Below are positions 12,991 to 26,591 of a DNA stretch of 64,000 nt, in pieces. The stretch comes from Octopus vulgaris (Eukaryota). Position 1 is the first letter of the stretch, and each line of letters starts with the position of its first letter. The stretch covers positions 121,706,001 to 121,770,000 of the forward strand of contig OX597816.1 in assembly GCA_951406725.2 (NCBI GenBank), in the 5' to 3' direction. Both the position numbers and the translations under genes were made by a program. The notes under the pieces were generated by a model. That model did no database searches, was not told where the DNA came from, and worked only from the letters and a program-made list of their open reading frames with translations.

Positions 12991-15941
12991 AATAATAATA
13001 ATAATAATAATGATAATAATAATAATATATAACATGGGAAGGGACATGTGTAAAATGCCATTCTGTGAAAAGAATCACTGAGCTTCAAAACACTGAGGGT
13101 CTACACCAATTATCATCATCATTTAACATTCATATTCCATACTTGCATGGGCTGAACAGTTTGACGGATCCAATGAGATGAAGGACTGCATTGTGCTCCA
13201 GGGTTTGCTTTGGCATGGTTTCTGTGGTTGCATGCCCTTCCTAATGCCAACCATTTTACAGTGTGTACTGGGTGATTTTTTTCATGCCACCAGTACTAGT
13301 GAGGTCACTATGTTGCTCGCAAGTCAACAAACTCATGGAAGGAAGATGTTGCGTCCATATGTTAGATGAGGGTTACAGCAAGAGGGAAGAGGTCACAGTA
13401 GAGCAGGTTCTTGTAGAGGAGGTGCATGGCTACTCACATTTAGGAAAGAGAATGAGAGGGAATTAGAGACATCTCCACGGAATAGACAGTAGTAATGAGG
13501 TATCCAGGTGGCACCCCAGGTAACAGCAGTAGTAGTATATAGGGAGAGTAGAGGTTTGCAAGAGTTCATAAGGGAAGAGATAGGGGGAGTGGGAGAGGGA
13601 AGTAGGCAACATCTGTAAAGACTGGGGAAGGGGGACGCACAAGTTGGTGGCAGGGGTGTTGACTACAGGGATATTAGCAGTAGGGTATATTAATGACACT
13701 ATTGACATGTGGTGAGAAGAGAGATGACATGTTTGGGCAGGCTTAGAGTAGTAATGATACTATTGACAGAGGAGAGAAGAGCGAGATGATGTGTTTGGGT
13801 AGGCTAAATAAATCAAACTCATTTTTGTAGCATTCTATGTTGAACTGAAGTTTCATTAAATTGATTTTATGGTCATGAAGATATTTGAGAGAAGAGGTTC
13901 TATCAGAAATCTATTTTACAATGTTGGCACTGGTTTAATAAAAGTGGTTGATTGAACCAGTAGGATGTTGTACTTGTGGTTCCATCCACTATTGTTCCAT
14001 CACTTTACATTCTGGGGTTAAATGCTACTGTCACTTTTGTTGTTAGTACTTCTGGTTAAAAAACAAAAGCACCAGTTAAGTACTGGGGTAATTGTTGTTA
14101 TTGTTGTTGCTGTTGTTAAGGCAGATTTGATTGCATGCTGGGCAAAATGTTTAGTAGCATTTCTTCTGTTTTTATTATTCTGAGTTCAAATTCTTCTGAA
14201 GTCAACTTTGGCTTTCGTCCTTTCGGGGTTGATAAAATACATACCAGTTGCATACTGGAGTTGATATAATCAACTTATCCCATCTCCTGAAATTGCTGGC
14301 CTTGTGTCAACATCTGAAACCAATATTATATTTCTTCTTTCCATTCTGTTTCTCTCTCTTTCTGGCTTAATGAGCTTAATGTATGGTAAATTACCCCTCT
14401 TTTTTCAATCCTGTACGACCCACTATCTTAAAATCTGGCCTCACTATCTTTTAGTATGTATTTCTCAGTCTTACTCTGAGGAACTTCTGCTGTCAGCTTA
14501 CAGCACTTTTTCAGCTATTACAGACATTGTGCATTTTATACATAGACAGTGCAGCTTGTCTCTCTTGTATAGCAGCTGGTGCCTTTTGTGCTCAGCTATT
14601 CTCTTAAGGTTTGCCTCTCAAGCAGTTTAAACCTTATATATTCAACAGCCCACACTTAATCCATTTTATTCATTCTTCACAGGTTTTTTCCCCATTCGAT
14701 GACCATATCTTATTAATGTGCAGTATCAAATAGGTAAATTCATTATTATTGAGACATTGTTTTATAGTTGGTTACTCTTCTTGTCACTTTCTTACCTATT
14801 TTTCAAGTAAGGGATCTCTTATTCTACATGCAATCAAAGGCACAATGTGAGGAGATAATTTATTAACAAGCTGGTAACAATAATACTACCTGTACATAGC
14901 AACTTTCATTGAAGTAAACATGTAAACACACACACATATCATTTATTCATCTGTGATCATATATTTAACCAGATGTATGTTAATATTTTATATGTTCGGT
15001 TATATAGTTACATAGGTGTATGTCAATATTTTATATGTATGGTTATATAGTTACTTAGGTGTATGTTACATTTGTTGGATTTAATTGCATGATATTGGCA
15101 TTGTATTGGATTACATTATAAGTTTGATTTTCTGTTGTCCTGTAGCAAATGAAAATATTATTTTTAGCACAAGACATAAACTCCCTGCAAGCTAAGTCTA
15201 CAAGGTATAAATGTATTAGTTGTCCATTAATAGTATTTTAAAGTTATTTATGTTGTTGGCTATTTCTGTACATATGTTGCAACTAAGGCTTTGAATTCTC
15301 ATAATTTTACTAGAGAGATTTCACATTACCTTTTTGTGTCCTCATTGATTTCACTAACTAATCAATTTTAAATTTTGACTGACTTCTTTCTGCTGCACAG
15401 AACAAGGTCACTTCACTATCAGCACAGGAGTTCCGTGATCTCTTCTACTGTTTATTACAGCCTTCTCCTATGTCATCTCTCCTGCAATTTATTACCAAAC
15501 AAATAAAATCACTGAGTTACTGAGTTCAAGTCCTGTATGACCCACTATCTCTTAGTATTTATTTCTCAGTCTTACTCTGAGGATCTGCTGTCAGCACTTT
15601 TTTGGCTATTACATACATTGTGCATTTTTATTGCAGTTATGAATGTCTTATCAGAGACTTTTTTGAAACTTACTCATGATTGAATTGGATCCCATATAGA
15701 AGGTGATTTGACTTTCATTCATGTAAGTTAAGTTGTAGGACCTTGGACTCCTGAGGTTTAGGAAATGATTAATTTGGTTCAAGTAATATAAACAATAAAG
15801 TTTTGATTCACAGATATTTTCTCTCTAATTTTCAGTTTTTACCATTTTAGACATTGTACAATAAGATTCAGAGCATCAGCATAAAAACGGTCTTGAATTA
15901 TTTTGCTTTTGCCTCAGAGACTAAGATACATACACACACAC

Positions 15942-15998
<57 letters not shown>

Positions 15999-16528
15999 TA
16001 GGTGTAGCTGTGTGGTAAAAAGTTTACTTTCCAACCACATAATTCTGGGTTCAATCTCACTGCATACCACCTTGAACAAGTACCTTCTACTACAGCTCTG
16101 GGCTTACCCCTAGCTTCATGAGTGGATTTGGTAGGTAAAAAATGAAAAAGCTCATTGTATGTATGTGTGTGTGTGTGTGTGTTACTGCCACCTTGTCTTC
16201 AGATTGCATGATAGTTGGAAATGAATGCCATTCAAGCAAAGTCTTTCATTCCCAGTCATCTGTGAAAGCATAAGGAAATATTACATTACATGGAAACAAG
16301 TGAGAGTTGATGACTGGAAGGGCATCCAGCTGGTGAAATCATGCCTCAACAAAATTTCTTGAGAGCCATGCAAATATGAGAAAGGGGACATTAAATCATA
16401 CATATATATATATATATATATATGTATAAATCCAAGAAGATTTCGTCCCATGTCTTCTTGGGGCTACCTCTTCCATAGGTACCCTCCAAAGTTAGAAATT
16501 GGCACTTCCTTACACAACTATATATATA

Positions 16529-16563
<35 letters not shown>

Positions 16564-17423
16564 GTATAGTGAGGCTGGTTTTGACATGTAGGGTTAAGGG
16601 AATGCATGTATACACATACATACATATATCTGTATACATATATATATATACATACATATACTCAGCAGGATGGTTGGTGTTAGGAAGGGCAGCCAGCTGT
16701 AAAAACCATGCCAAAACCGTACTGACGCCATGGGTCTTCTGCCTAGCCTGCTCCTGTCAAACCATCAAACCCATGCCAGCATGGAAAGTCGATGTTAAAT
16801 GATGATGATGATGATGATACACATATATGTAGAGGCGTATACCCATAGATGTAACACAGACAGATACACACACTTATGCAGCCATACATATATACATATG
16901 TATATGTGTAGAGATGAACACAAACGTGTGTGCGTGCATACATATATATGCACACACATACACATCATCATCATGTATACATATGCAGGAAAAGAGTGGG
17001 GAAGGAATGTTTAGTGACAAGGAGTGAGGAAAAGCAGATGTATAAATACCAGTTAGCCTCAATATATGTTTTACCTCCAGTGTGTGCTAGGGTCATGAAA
17101 TAACCAGAGGTGAGGAAGTTGCTAGAGGGTGGTACAAGTGGTTTTAAAAGATACTGAAGTTCTCAGAAGGTAGCCTTTGATGAGAGTGAATGTGATAAGG
17201 CAGGAAGTGGGGGGGGGGGAGATCTGAGGTTCACCTAGTTGAAATGGTGTTAGCTGTTGAAGCAAATAATATTAAAATATTAATTTTTGAAATATTTGTG
17301 AAAATGTATGCTTATTGGGAATAAATAAATCCCCCAAAAATTATCACAAGGTTCCAGTAGAGTGAAATATAAGGTCTAGGGATGTAAAAAATAAAGAAAC
17401 AATGACTAATATGTATGATAATC

Positions 17424-17830
17424 AGGCATGGCTGTGCAGTAAGAAGCTTGCTTACCAACCACATGGTTCCGGGTTCAGTCTCACTGCATGGTACCTTGGG
17501 CAAGTGCTTTGTACTATAGTTTTAGGCCAACCAAAGCTTTGTGAATGAATTTGGTATACAGAAACTGAAATATATATATATATATTTATGTATGTATGTA
17601 TGTATTTAGGTGTGTGTCCTTGTGTCTGTGTTTGTCCCCCACCATTGCTTGACAACCGATGTTGGTGTGTTTACATCCCCACAATCTAGAGGTTCAGCAA
17701 AAGATACCGAAAGAATAAGTACTAGGCTTACAAAGAATAAGTTCTGAGGTCAATTTCTTCAACTAAAAAACCCTTTCATGCAGTGCTCCAGCATGGCCTC
17801 AGTCAAATGATTGAAACAAGTAAAAGAATG
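17424..17830 (+). mobile_element. tRNA/CORE-type SINE with internal microsatellite (other copies ~2245-2590 -, 15999-16400 +, 34045-34450 +, 34476-34790 +)
   Basis: TGGCTGTGCAGTAAG A-box-like and GGTTCAGTC B-box-like motifs; CCTTGGGCAAGT CORE-like motif. Confidence 0.8.
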
Positions 17831-18149
17831 ATGTAATAGAGTAATTCAATATGTTGATTAAAAAAATCTGGTAAGATAAATATATATTTTTTAATTAATG
17901 TTTAATCATAGTAGATGAAAAGGAAGTTGTAAACCAGGATAGATGTGGATAAGAGTCAAGGGAAGATAATAAAGTATCGATCTTTTAAATAAAAATGATA
18001 TGATCATAACGTAAATCCAGTAATTTAATTTATCTCATCACCATATGACCTCACCAGTCAGTGAATATTTGTAAAGTTTAACAATGATGCCCTTCTCCTT
18101 AAACTGAAATATACTAAAAAACATTCTTTACTGACTGTTCTGTTGATTT

Positions 18150-20100
18150 TAGTACCCTTATACGTAGCACTGAGAACTTTTGCAAACCACTAATTTACAC
18201 CTAACCTTTTCATTGTCCTCCACCGGACAACAGATCATAGGACTCTGTCAGAAATCCTCTTTTTATCAACAAGTCAGTTGCTCTTTACTAAGTATTTTTC
18301 AAGTGTTTCTTCATAAAATGCTCAGTAAAGCAATTTCTAAGATTTTCATAACAAAAATACAAAAATCTATAATTTACACTACCTGTTTATAAATAAAAGA
18401 AAAAGCTATTTCCCTCCCAAACATTATACATTTTAGTGCTTCATTCTCAAGCTTACCAGAATCCAGTTAGACATGGATCAGATTCCTTTTCGTGACTTCC
18501 ACAATATCAAGTAGTGCAACTAAATTGTTTCTTACAGACTTTTGTGCTTATGTGACCCATAGATCTTTTGTTGATTGCATAGTCACAATTAAGCAAACTT
18601 TGAAAATTTCTTTCCATTGGTTGTCAAGTGTTTTATTCCTTCATAAGTTTTATGCTATCTTGAGATCTAAAGAGTGTTAGACCTGTTATAGTCAGACCTT
18701 CAATTGCTTTAGATATGCTGAAGGAAGCTTTTATGTTATGCATGTCATCTAGTTTCTGGATTTCAAGTGCTGTGGTTTGCCACCAATTATTCTTCATTGC
18801 AAGTGTTTGTTTCTGGACTACAGCCTTTGTTTGTTGGCAAACAATTCTTTTATGCTCATTATTCTTATTATTTTGGTAAGGCATGAAAATCTGCTCGCTT
18901 TCTGTTATCAGCTCTTTGTTGTAAAGGTTCTCATTGACCTAGTCTTGGTGTTTTCTTGCCATAAATCCCAAGGATTCCTGATTAGGTGCATACTTTTAAA
19001 TGTACCATGCATTTTCAATGATGTCACAATATTCCAGACGGATGGATGATGACCTAAGCATTGCTAAAGACACCTTGCTTTTTTGGGTCTGAGGATACAA
19101 TGTAGATTTTCTTCTGGTATAATTTTTGCTAGCAACATTACTGTGGCATCATTAGAATTGTCTTATTAGTTTATATTTGACCATGGTCAAATGTTAGGAT
19201 GCATGTTAGGTACCCATCCATACAATGGTATTGTCAATGCTAGTACTTTGATTGCTGATACTGCAAGGAATCCTTGTATCTGTTTGTATGAATGGTGTAT
19301 TAGTGATTAACTAGCTGTATTTCTCATTTAATTAGGAGTAGAATACTATTTAAGTTGAACCTTTCCCAGCCTTTATTTCTAAGTGTATAATTTTAGAGCC
19401 TTGAATGTTTGCCAGCTTTGATACTGAAGTTACACATAAGATGATTTTGCCTTGTTTTAGTATTCCGGGTAAGGTACAGTCAAAGTTAATGTAAAATTCC
19501 TCTTTAGCTTTCTTATATGCATCACATGCACCATGTGAGTGCATATGTACTGATGACTGTTATGTATCTGTTAGAGTCAATAAGCATTAAGCAAGGAATC
19601 ATTAATATTACATTGATGCCAGTAGGTAGTCCATGTAGCCTATTGACCAAACTGTTGCACACTGCAAAGCCTATTCCCTGTCAGTCCTATTTTTCTAACT
19701 GATTTTCTTTCTAAAAGATATATCCACCACCATGCTTCTTCTGCTGTGCCTCATTGGTTAATCTTGTTTTGCTAAGGCTCACAATGTCAATATTAAAAGC
19801 TGTCAGTTTCCTAGAGGAGAATACTGACCATCATTTCATTTTGTTTATAAGAGTCTGAAAATTCCAAGATCCAAATTTTATTTTGTATTGTTTCAACAGC
19901 CAAAAAGTGATCCTTCCCCATCACTGCAGATATCTATTTTGGGAAGCTGAACCAAGCTATGCTTGAAGCACCTTTTCTAGTCTCTCTTTACTGTGGTGTG
20001 AACAGAACAGACCCAAGAAAGAATTGCCCAGAAATATCAGCAACTGAAATGTATGTATTATCTTGATTCAAATCTTTGACAGCAATCCTCCAGCTATTAC
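18150..20100 (-). mobile_element. Decayed RTE (BovB-like) LINE 5' half, APE endonuclease region
   Basis: Minus-strand remnants SRKLTAFNIDIVSLSKTRL (~19760-19815) and MKNNWWQTTALEIQKLDDMHNIKASF resemble RTE ORF motifs. Confidence 0.6.
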
Positions 20101-20879
20101 TTCCATGCTATCTTGTGATTAGGAGTTCCTAGATGTCACAATCCTCCCAAATGCTATACAGACACAAACTGTGTGTCGATAGCCAGCTGGAAAAGATGTT
20201 TTCCTGGGGGTTAAAACAACAGTAACATCGTCCTTTATAGGACCGCCACATTCTATTGGCATATAAACATTACTCTCTGGTACTGTTACTGAATAACACC
20301 TGCTCAGAGATTTAAAACAAGTTGTTTTTCTCTTTACAATCCTTTTTTTTTTTTCCACTAAACACTTTGAGGCTGTTTCTTGGGAACGTCTCAGCACAGT
20401 TTTATTTATGATGGAAAATAACGGTTGGAAATCAATTCCAAAACAATCTTAATAATGGGAATCTTTGGAGCAAGGATTAAGAGCCCAACAGAATGAGGAG
20501 GAAGCAAACTGATGCGAGCATCATCTGTTATCATAGTGTTGGTGACATGTTAATTACTTCACCCATTCCACCAGACTTTGTTCTTGACAGGCCCTAAGCA
20601 TAGGAATAAGAGAAGTCGTTAGCACTTAACCAAAGTGTCCTCTCAAGTCTCAAGCAGAAGACGTGACTTAAATGTCGCTTTCACAGGTTGACTACGAGGA
20701 GTGTCCTGCGCCGTATCCAATGCTGATAGTACTGACAAAAGTGGTATAAGCATTGCACGAATGTGTGTATTAAAAAATATCATATAGTGAAAAAGAAAAT
20801 AATAATAATGATTATAATGATTATAATGATATTAATAATAATAATAATAATAATATAAAGTGTGTTTTCTGCGTATAAT

Positions 20880-21513
20880 TTAAATGAAAACTGAGTACAG
20901 ACATACAATGATAATAATGAGGAAAAGGTGGAGCAAACAGCAGCAGACGCTATGCACGCCTCGTGTTAACTGACGCCTTGTTACGAAGTCACTTCAAGGG
21001 TAACTTTGAATGAGCGTTTGATCAATAAATTAGTTGTATTTATTTGAGCCGGAAAATACTTAAGAACCTATACATGTGTTATCTGAAATAAATCGGGAAC
21101 AGCTGATAAGTATTGGTGAATAAAAAAAAAAACATAAAAAAACGCCTGGTAAAAAAATTACAATCATACGAAAAAAAAAAGCGAATGGAAAGGTGAAATA
21201 TTTATTGGTCAAGGGAGATAATCAAATTTTAATTAATTTTTTTTTGTTTCTCATCCCCCCTCGTTTGAAAGATTAACATTTTGCAATATCTGGTAATATT
21301 AACAATATTGTAATTGATTGACAAAATAAAAATTCACGTGACATTAAAGAATATTTTCTAATAAATCTAAAATGTCAATCAATATATATTAAATCAAATT
21401 TTCCGTACCACCCCCACCATGCAAATCGCTACAAGTTGAATGTATATTTATCTTTATTACGAAACTAACGCTACAAATATTATTAGGACCAGAAGACCTC
21501 AACATCGACAAGT
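20880..21513. promoter_or_regulatory. Probable MPI promoter / 5'UTR region
   Basis: Repeat-poor, CpG-retaining segment directly upstream of exon 1; TCACGTGAC E-box at 21334-21342. TSS cannot be determined from sequence. Confidence 0.45.
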
Positions 21514-21532
21514 ATGGCAGACGACCCTTGTG
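21514..21532 (+). CDS. MPI: MPI coding exon 1 (MADDPC + G of Val)
   Basis: AGTATGG start context; ATG GCA GAC GAC CCT TGT G|gttagt is a phase-1 donor that joins exon 2 to give [15 protein letters not shown]. It lies in a CpG-retaining, repeat-poor island. Confidence 0.75.
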
Positions 21533-22049
21533 GTTAGTAAGCTTTCTTGTTTTATATTTTTAAACTGCTGCATAATGATTTTACTACTTTTAAGTTACTA
21601 GTCGGTGTATGTAGGTAAGCTCCACTTATAAATTTTAGCATTCAAATGTGTACGTCTTTGTAAAACTTCGTGTCGAATCCACGCGAAGTCCCTGCTAGTT
21701 GTTAACGAACGGCTCAGCGCTTGGTTGTAACCAATCCTTCTTGATTGTTAACATTTGAAACCGATGTAGTCAGGTTTACACGTAGATATGTACATGGAGA
21801 TATATATGTACACACACACACGTATATACATATCTATACTCAGGTATACACATATACAGGTACACACACACATATCTACGTACATAAACACAAACACCGA
21901 CATACATTATATCTCTATGAAGCAGCAAGCAAAACATGTTAAACCGTAGTCACTGTTTCGCGTACCGTCTTCCAATGCATCTCTATATTAATTGCTGTTT
22001 TATGTACTACGTACTTTTTCTTGAGGCTTATGGATTCTTAGATGTCTAT

Positions 22050-22102
<53 letters not shown>

Positions 22103-22274
22103 CATGTATGTATAGACATCTAAGAATCCATAAGACAAGAAAGAAAAAAAATAACAGTCGCTTATATATTTGTCAATAGAATGTATGTCCATATATATAT
22201 GGGAAAGACGTAAATATTTCCTATATTCCTTCAAGTCATTCTATTTTCTTGATATTTTTGTTTAAGATGTGTCT

Positions 22275-22333
<59 letters not shown>

Positions 22334-22688
22334 ATGTGTGTCTGTCTCTCTCTCTCTCTATATATATATATATAAATATATATTGTATGCGTGTGTCTAT
22401 ATATATTTTTGTATGTGTATGTGTGTAATCGTGTTAGTCATGTAGGTTATTAAAAATACAGATTACCAAACTGTTTAGTTATTCAGTTTTGCTTTATAAT
22501 TAATTATTCTGTAATAATGTATTTTCAAGATATTTCATAGTGTGTGTATTACTAGCAATTAATGAAACAAAAGTGGAAATATCTTTATCTAATGACTAAT
22601 ATGATTATCATGGCTATCCATTTGTTTTCGGTTTAACACAATCTGAAACGAAACCATTAGTCAAACAGTACAACTCAGGTATTTGTGA

Positions 22689-22730
<42 letters not shown>

Positions 22731-25700
22731 GCACTAGCATATTTTATATCAAACCTGATATTAAAGTAGGCATTGTTTATTACATAGGCGGAAAAAAATT
22801 ATACGGTTGGTTTTTTAAAACTGCTTAATTGCAACTTTTACAATTTTGGTGGTGAGATTATTTCGAATAACCCTTAAAAACTGATAAATATCAGAAAATG
22901 TTTCCGTTAGACACAGACTAATATGGGAGCCGTGTTTGATTAGTAAACGTTTATCTATGGAAACTAATGACCTTCCACTCTGGGATTCCACTCCTGATCT
23001 ATTCTGATATTCTGTTCTGGCCTGCTATAAAATTATCGTTTTTATGTGTTTCTTCTTCTCTCCTCCCACTCCTTTTTGCTCTGGCAACACCAAGACTAGT
23101 TAGTTACACTACTATTATAAATTTTCTACTAATACACATGTACTCTAAATCTGTTTACCTCGCGCTTTGATATCTAGTTGGAGGGAAGGAGTATATATTA
23201 TCCATCTACCTATCTTGTTTGTGTCTATCTCTATACAGTGTTGTCATGTCCTCTAAAACTTAACCCTTTGGCGGCTAACTTACAAAACCTTTTTACTTCC
23301 TTGTTTGTATATAAATGTTTTGACGTTAAATAGACAAAACAAAATTTTGTAACGAAGTTACGCCTCAGTAAAATCTGACGATTTCTTTCTACCTAACATA
23401 CGATATTCCTGTTACAGCTTGTTAAAGTGTTGAATAATTTTCAGTTTTCTTTTGCTCTCTTCTTCTGTAACATCTTTATTATAATAGGCTGTATTTATTT
23501 CTATTTCATTTAAAGGTTAAGTAGAAATATGTTTATCAGCTCGACATAGTACTCTCACAAAGACGCAATTCTCTCTAAACTAGGACGAAGTACTGTGGTG
23601 CTTAGGTTGTATGTGCGTGTGGGTTTTTTTCTAGTTTTATTTTGATCTGGTCAGAGAAGCTGTAAACAAAAACTAGTGTAAAAGAGCTTGTTCATCATAC
23701 CAATTTGACAGCTAGGGGTTTGTGATGTATCATTCTCCCTCTTATTTTACGCAAAATAGCGAAAAACATGAAATAAAAAAAAAACAAACTGGAGAATGTT
23801 ACAAAACATGAAATCTACCCGACATGTAGCAGCAGCAGCAGGAGCTTGATTATGAGTGTACGTGAGTTTTGTACGTGTACAGAATAGCTAAGTGTGGATA
23901 TGGTGATGATTATGATTATGGTATCGAAGCCGACCACCTTCTCTTCCTACTTAGTCTGGTTTTGTGTGTGCGTGTATGTAGCAGTAGTGTCGACATTGAG
24001 TGAAAGGATGCTATTAACTCGAGATAGACACAAGCCAGCTACTACCACCACTAATATATAGCAAATCAATCTCTTCTCCCTCTGTTTAGTCATTTACCTA
24101 TATATATATATGTGTGTATGTGTGCGTGTACCCCCATTACTTGTTTGTTTGATTTTGATAGTCTATATTGATATTCTCTCGCGCTTTTGAGGGGTGGACG
24201 TATTTTACATTTAATTATCAGTTGGCGTTCAATTCTCCAACCGTATTCTTTGATAGGGTATATAAATTTTGATATTTGCCCTTTCTTTCTTTATCCTCTT
24301 TTTTTTTCGTGGTTTGATTTTTTTTAAATGTTGAGGAGGTAATAACACGTATATATTAATAATTTATAGCTAATACCTAGATTTAAAACTTTTCTTGTTC
24401 ATGAAAGCGTTGGTTTAGAGATTAGCATTTGTGCGAGAAACCTAATGTATTGATCACATTGAAATGCTGCTAGTTTCGAATTACCAGTTTGCTGACAGGA
24501 CTGTCATTTATAAATATATTTCTCTTACTGACATGGCTACTTATAATGATGTGATTTAAAGAATTCGTAACATTTTCTTCTCTTCTTTATGCCGCAGTTA
24601 CTCAGTCTCATCAGCTTGAGTAGACCCGTCTACTCTTAAAGCCTACACCTTGTATTATTTCAGTACTCATTGTACAGAGAAAAACTTTCTCTTGTAGAGG
24701 TATTATAGGATAAAACAAACCTAAGAAATATCTATCCAAACACTCATTTGTAGACTAACTACATCCGATCCAGTTAATTTGACTTAGGGAATTTGTAATG
24801 TTTTGTGTATGACACTGGGATTTTGTTTGTTTTTCTTTTTCTGTAGACAGAAAAGCGGGATAATTTTCGCTTCTTATATTCATTCATTTTATCGAAACAA
24901 GTTGTACATACAGATCGGTATTATGTATTGAGATATATAAATATATTTGTAAATCAATTTTACTATTAATGATTATAGTAGCTGTATAGGGGTAGATGAT
25001 AGTAACAAAATATACCTGAGTAATTTTTTTTGTTTCGTTATTTTTTGCATGTTCAAAGATAACGTTTAAATTTCTAGGTCAACATACCCTAACCGAACTG
25101 TGAAGGTCAGTTGTCTGTTGCTCAGTCATTTTCACTTGTAGTCGGAAATTAGTATTTTAAGTATTGCAATATGTTGTAACAATCAGCTTCACAACATACT
25201 GCGTTGAATATATGCTCTTTCTTTCACCTTTCAAGGTAGATTCCCCGATGGAGCCATTCCACTTACATCGCTAATGTCCTTGGGAAAGGCATGAACATTA
25301 CAGCTTCCCACTTCCTTTTACAGTTTCTCTCAGTTAATGCTCGCGTAGAAAAAACTATTTTACTTCCATTCTTTTCGTTTTATTAATCGTGAAATAATTT
25401 GTTCCCCCCTTAAGTTGTTCCTTAACCCCAGGTCGGACCGGTCGTGCCTCTATGATCAAGGGCATTCCAGTTATAACCATCTATTATTTTTTCTTCATAC
25501 TTCATGTTTAAAGGGATTTATTATTTGATTGCCCATTTTTTAAAATCCTATATTTTGAAGTATAGTCTAGATATGATAGATTTGGCTATTATTTGAAGCA
25601 AGTTGAATGATCACTAAAGCAGAAAGAGGCCTCGTTAGTTCCATAACTAAAAAGTTGTATGAAAAGAATGCTGTAAACTTTAAAACCAACTTGCAAAATA

Positions 25701-26533
25701 CTTATATTTACATTGAATACTGTACATATGTTAATACAAATCAGTCAAATAGGATCATTTTTATGGGTTGTATCACCCCCTTTCATGAGACTGTACATAA
25801 AGATTGACCCATGGTTATATACATTACCTGTATACCTAACTCTTGTGGCTTACAAAGTTGTTGAAAATCGCTTCAAGAAATGAGCCTTTTGATCTGTTAT
25901 AACTGAACACTGCAAATAAAATGTTTACACTTTCAATGTCATTTTAACTAGGTCCTCTTTTGAATTTATGAAAAGCAGTCACTGAGTGAAGTAGGAATTT
26001 CAGATTCAGTGTCTCTTGGCAAGAGTGAACCAAATCTTTATATTTCTGGCCTTATTAGTGGGGAAGACATTTGGTTTGTTTTATAACTTCCAGCTACGAC
26101 AAATACCTCAAGAATGTTATGGTAGTGTTATCATTTGTTGATTTTTGCCTTGCATGAACCAAGTGAATTGCTTGATCATGATGTCAGTCTATAGATGTGT
26201 GTGGCCGAAGTAGATTTTTTTTTCCTATTGGAAGTCTTTCAAGTAACACTGACTATTAATGAAATAGATACAGTTTTGGAATCAGATTACTGATGAAATA
26301 TACTATTGACAATAACTGCAAATGCATGAAATATATACACTCTCTCTCTTTTACTTGTTTCAGTCATTTGACTGCAGCCATTTAGTCGAGCACATCGACC
26401 CCAGGACTTATTCTTTGTAAGCCTAGTACTTATTCTGCCGGTTACTTTTGCCGAACCGCTATGTTACGGGGACGTAAATACACCGGCATCGGTTGTCAAG
26501 CAATGTTGGAGAGACAAATACACAAACATATAC

Positions 26534-26591
<58 letters not shown>

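Noticed and set aside
15843-15920. Bridging exon for the putative minus-strand gene, creating an in-frame TGA (selenocysteine?)
   Set aside because: Needs a weak GAG acceptor; the good acceptor gives stops in all three frames; no SECIS identified.
21533-21543. Alternative donor TA|gtaagc at 21537 for MPI exon 1
   Set aside because: Phase 2; it would frameshift exon 2.
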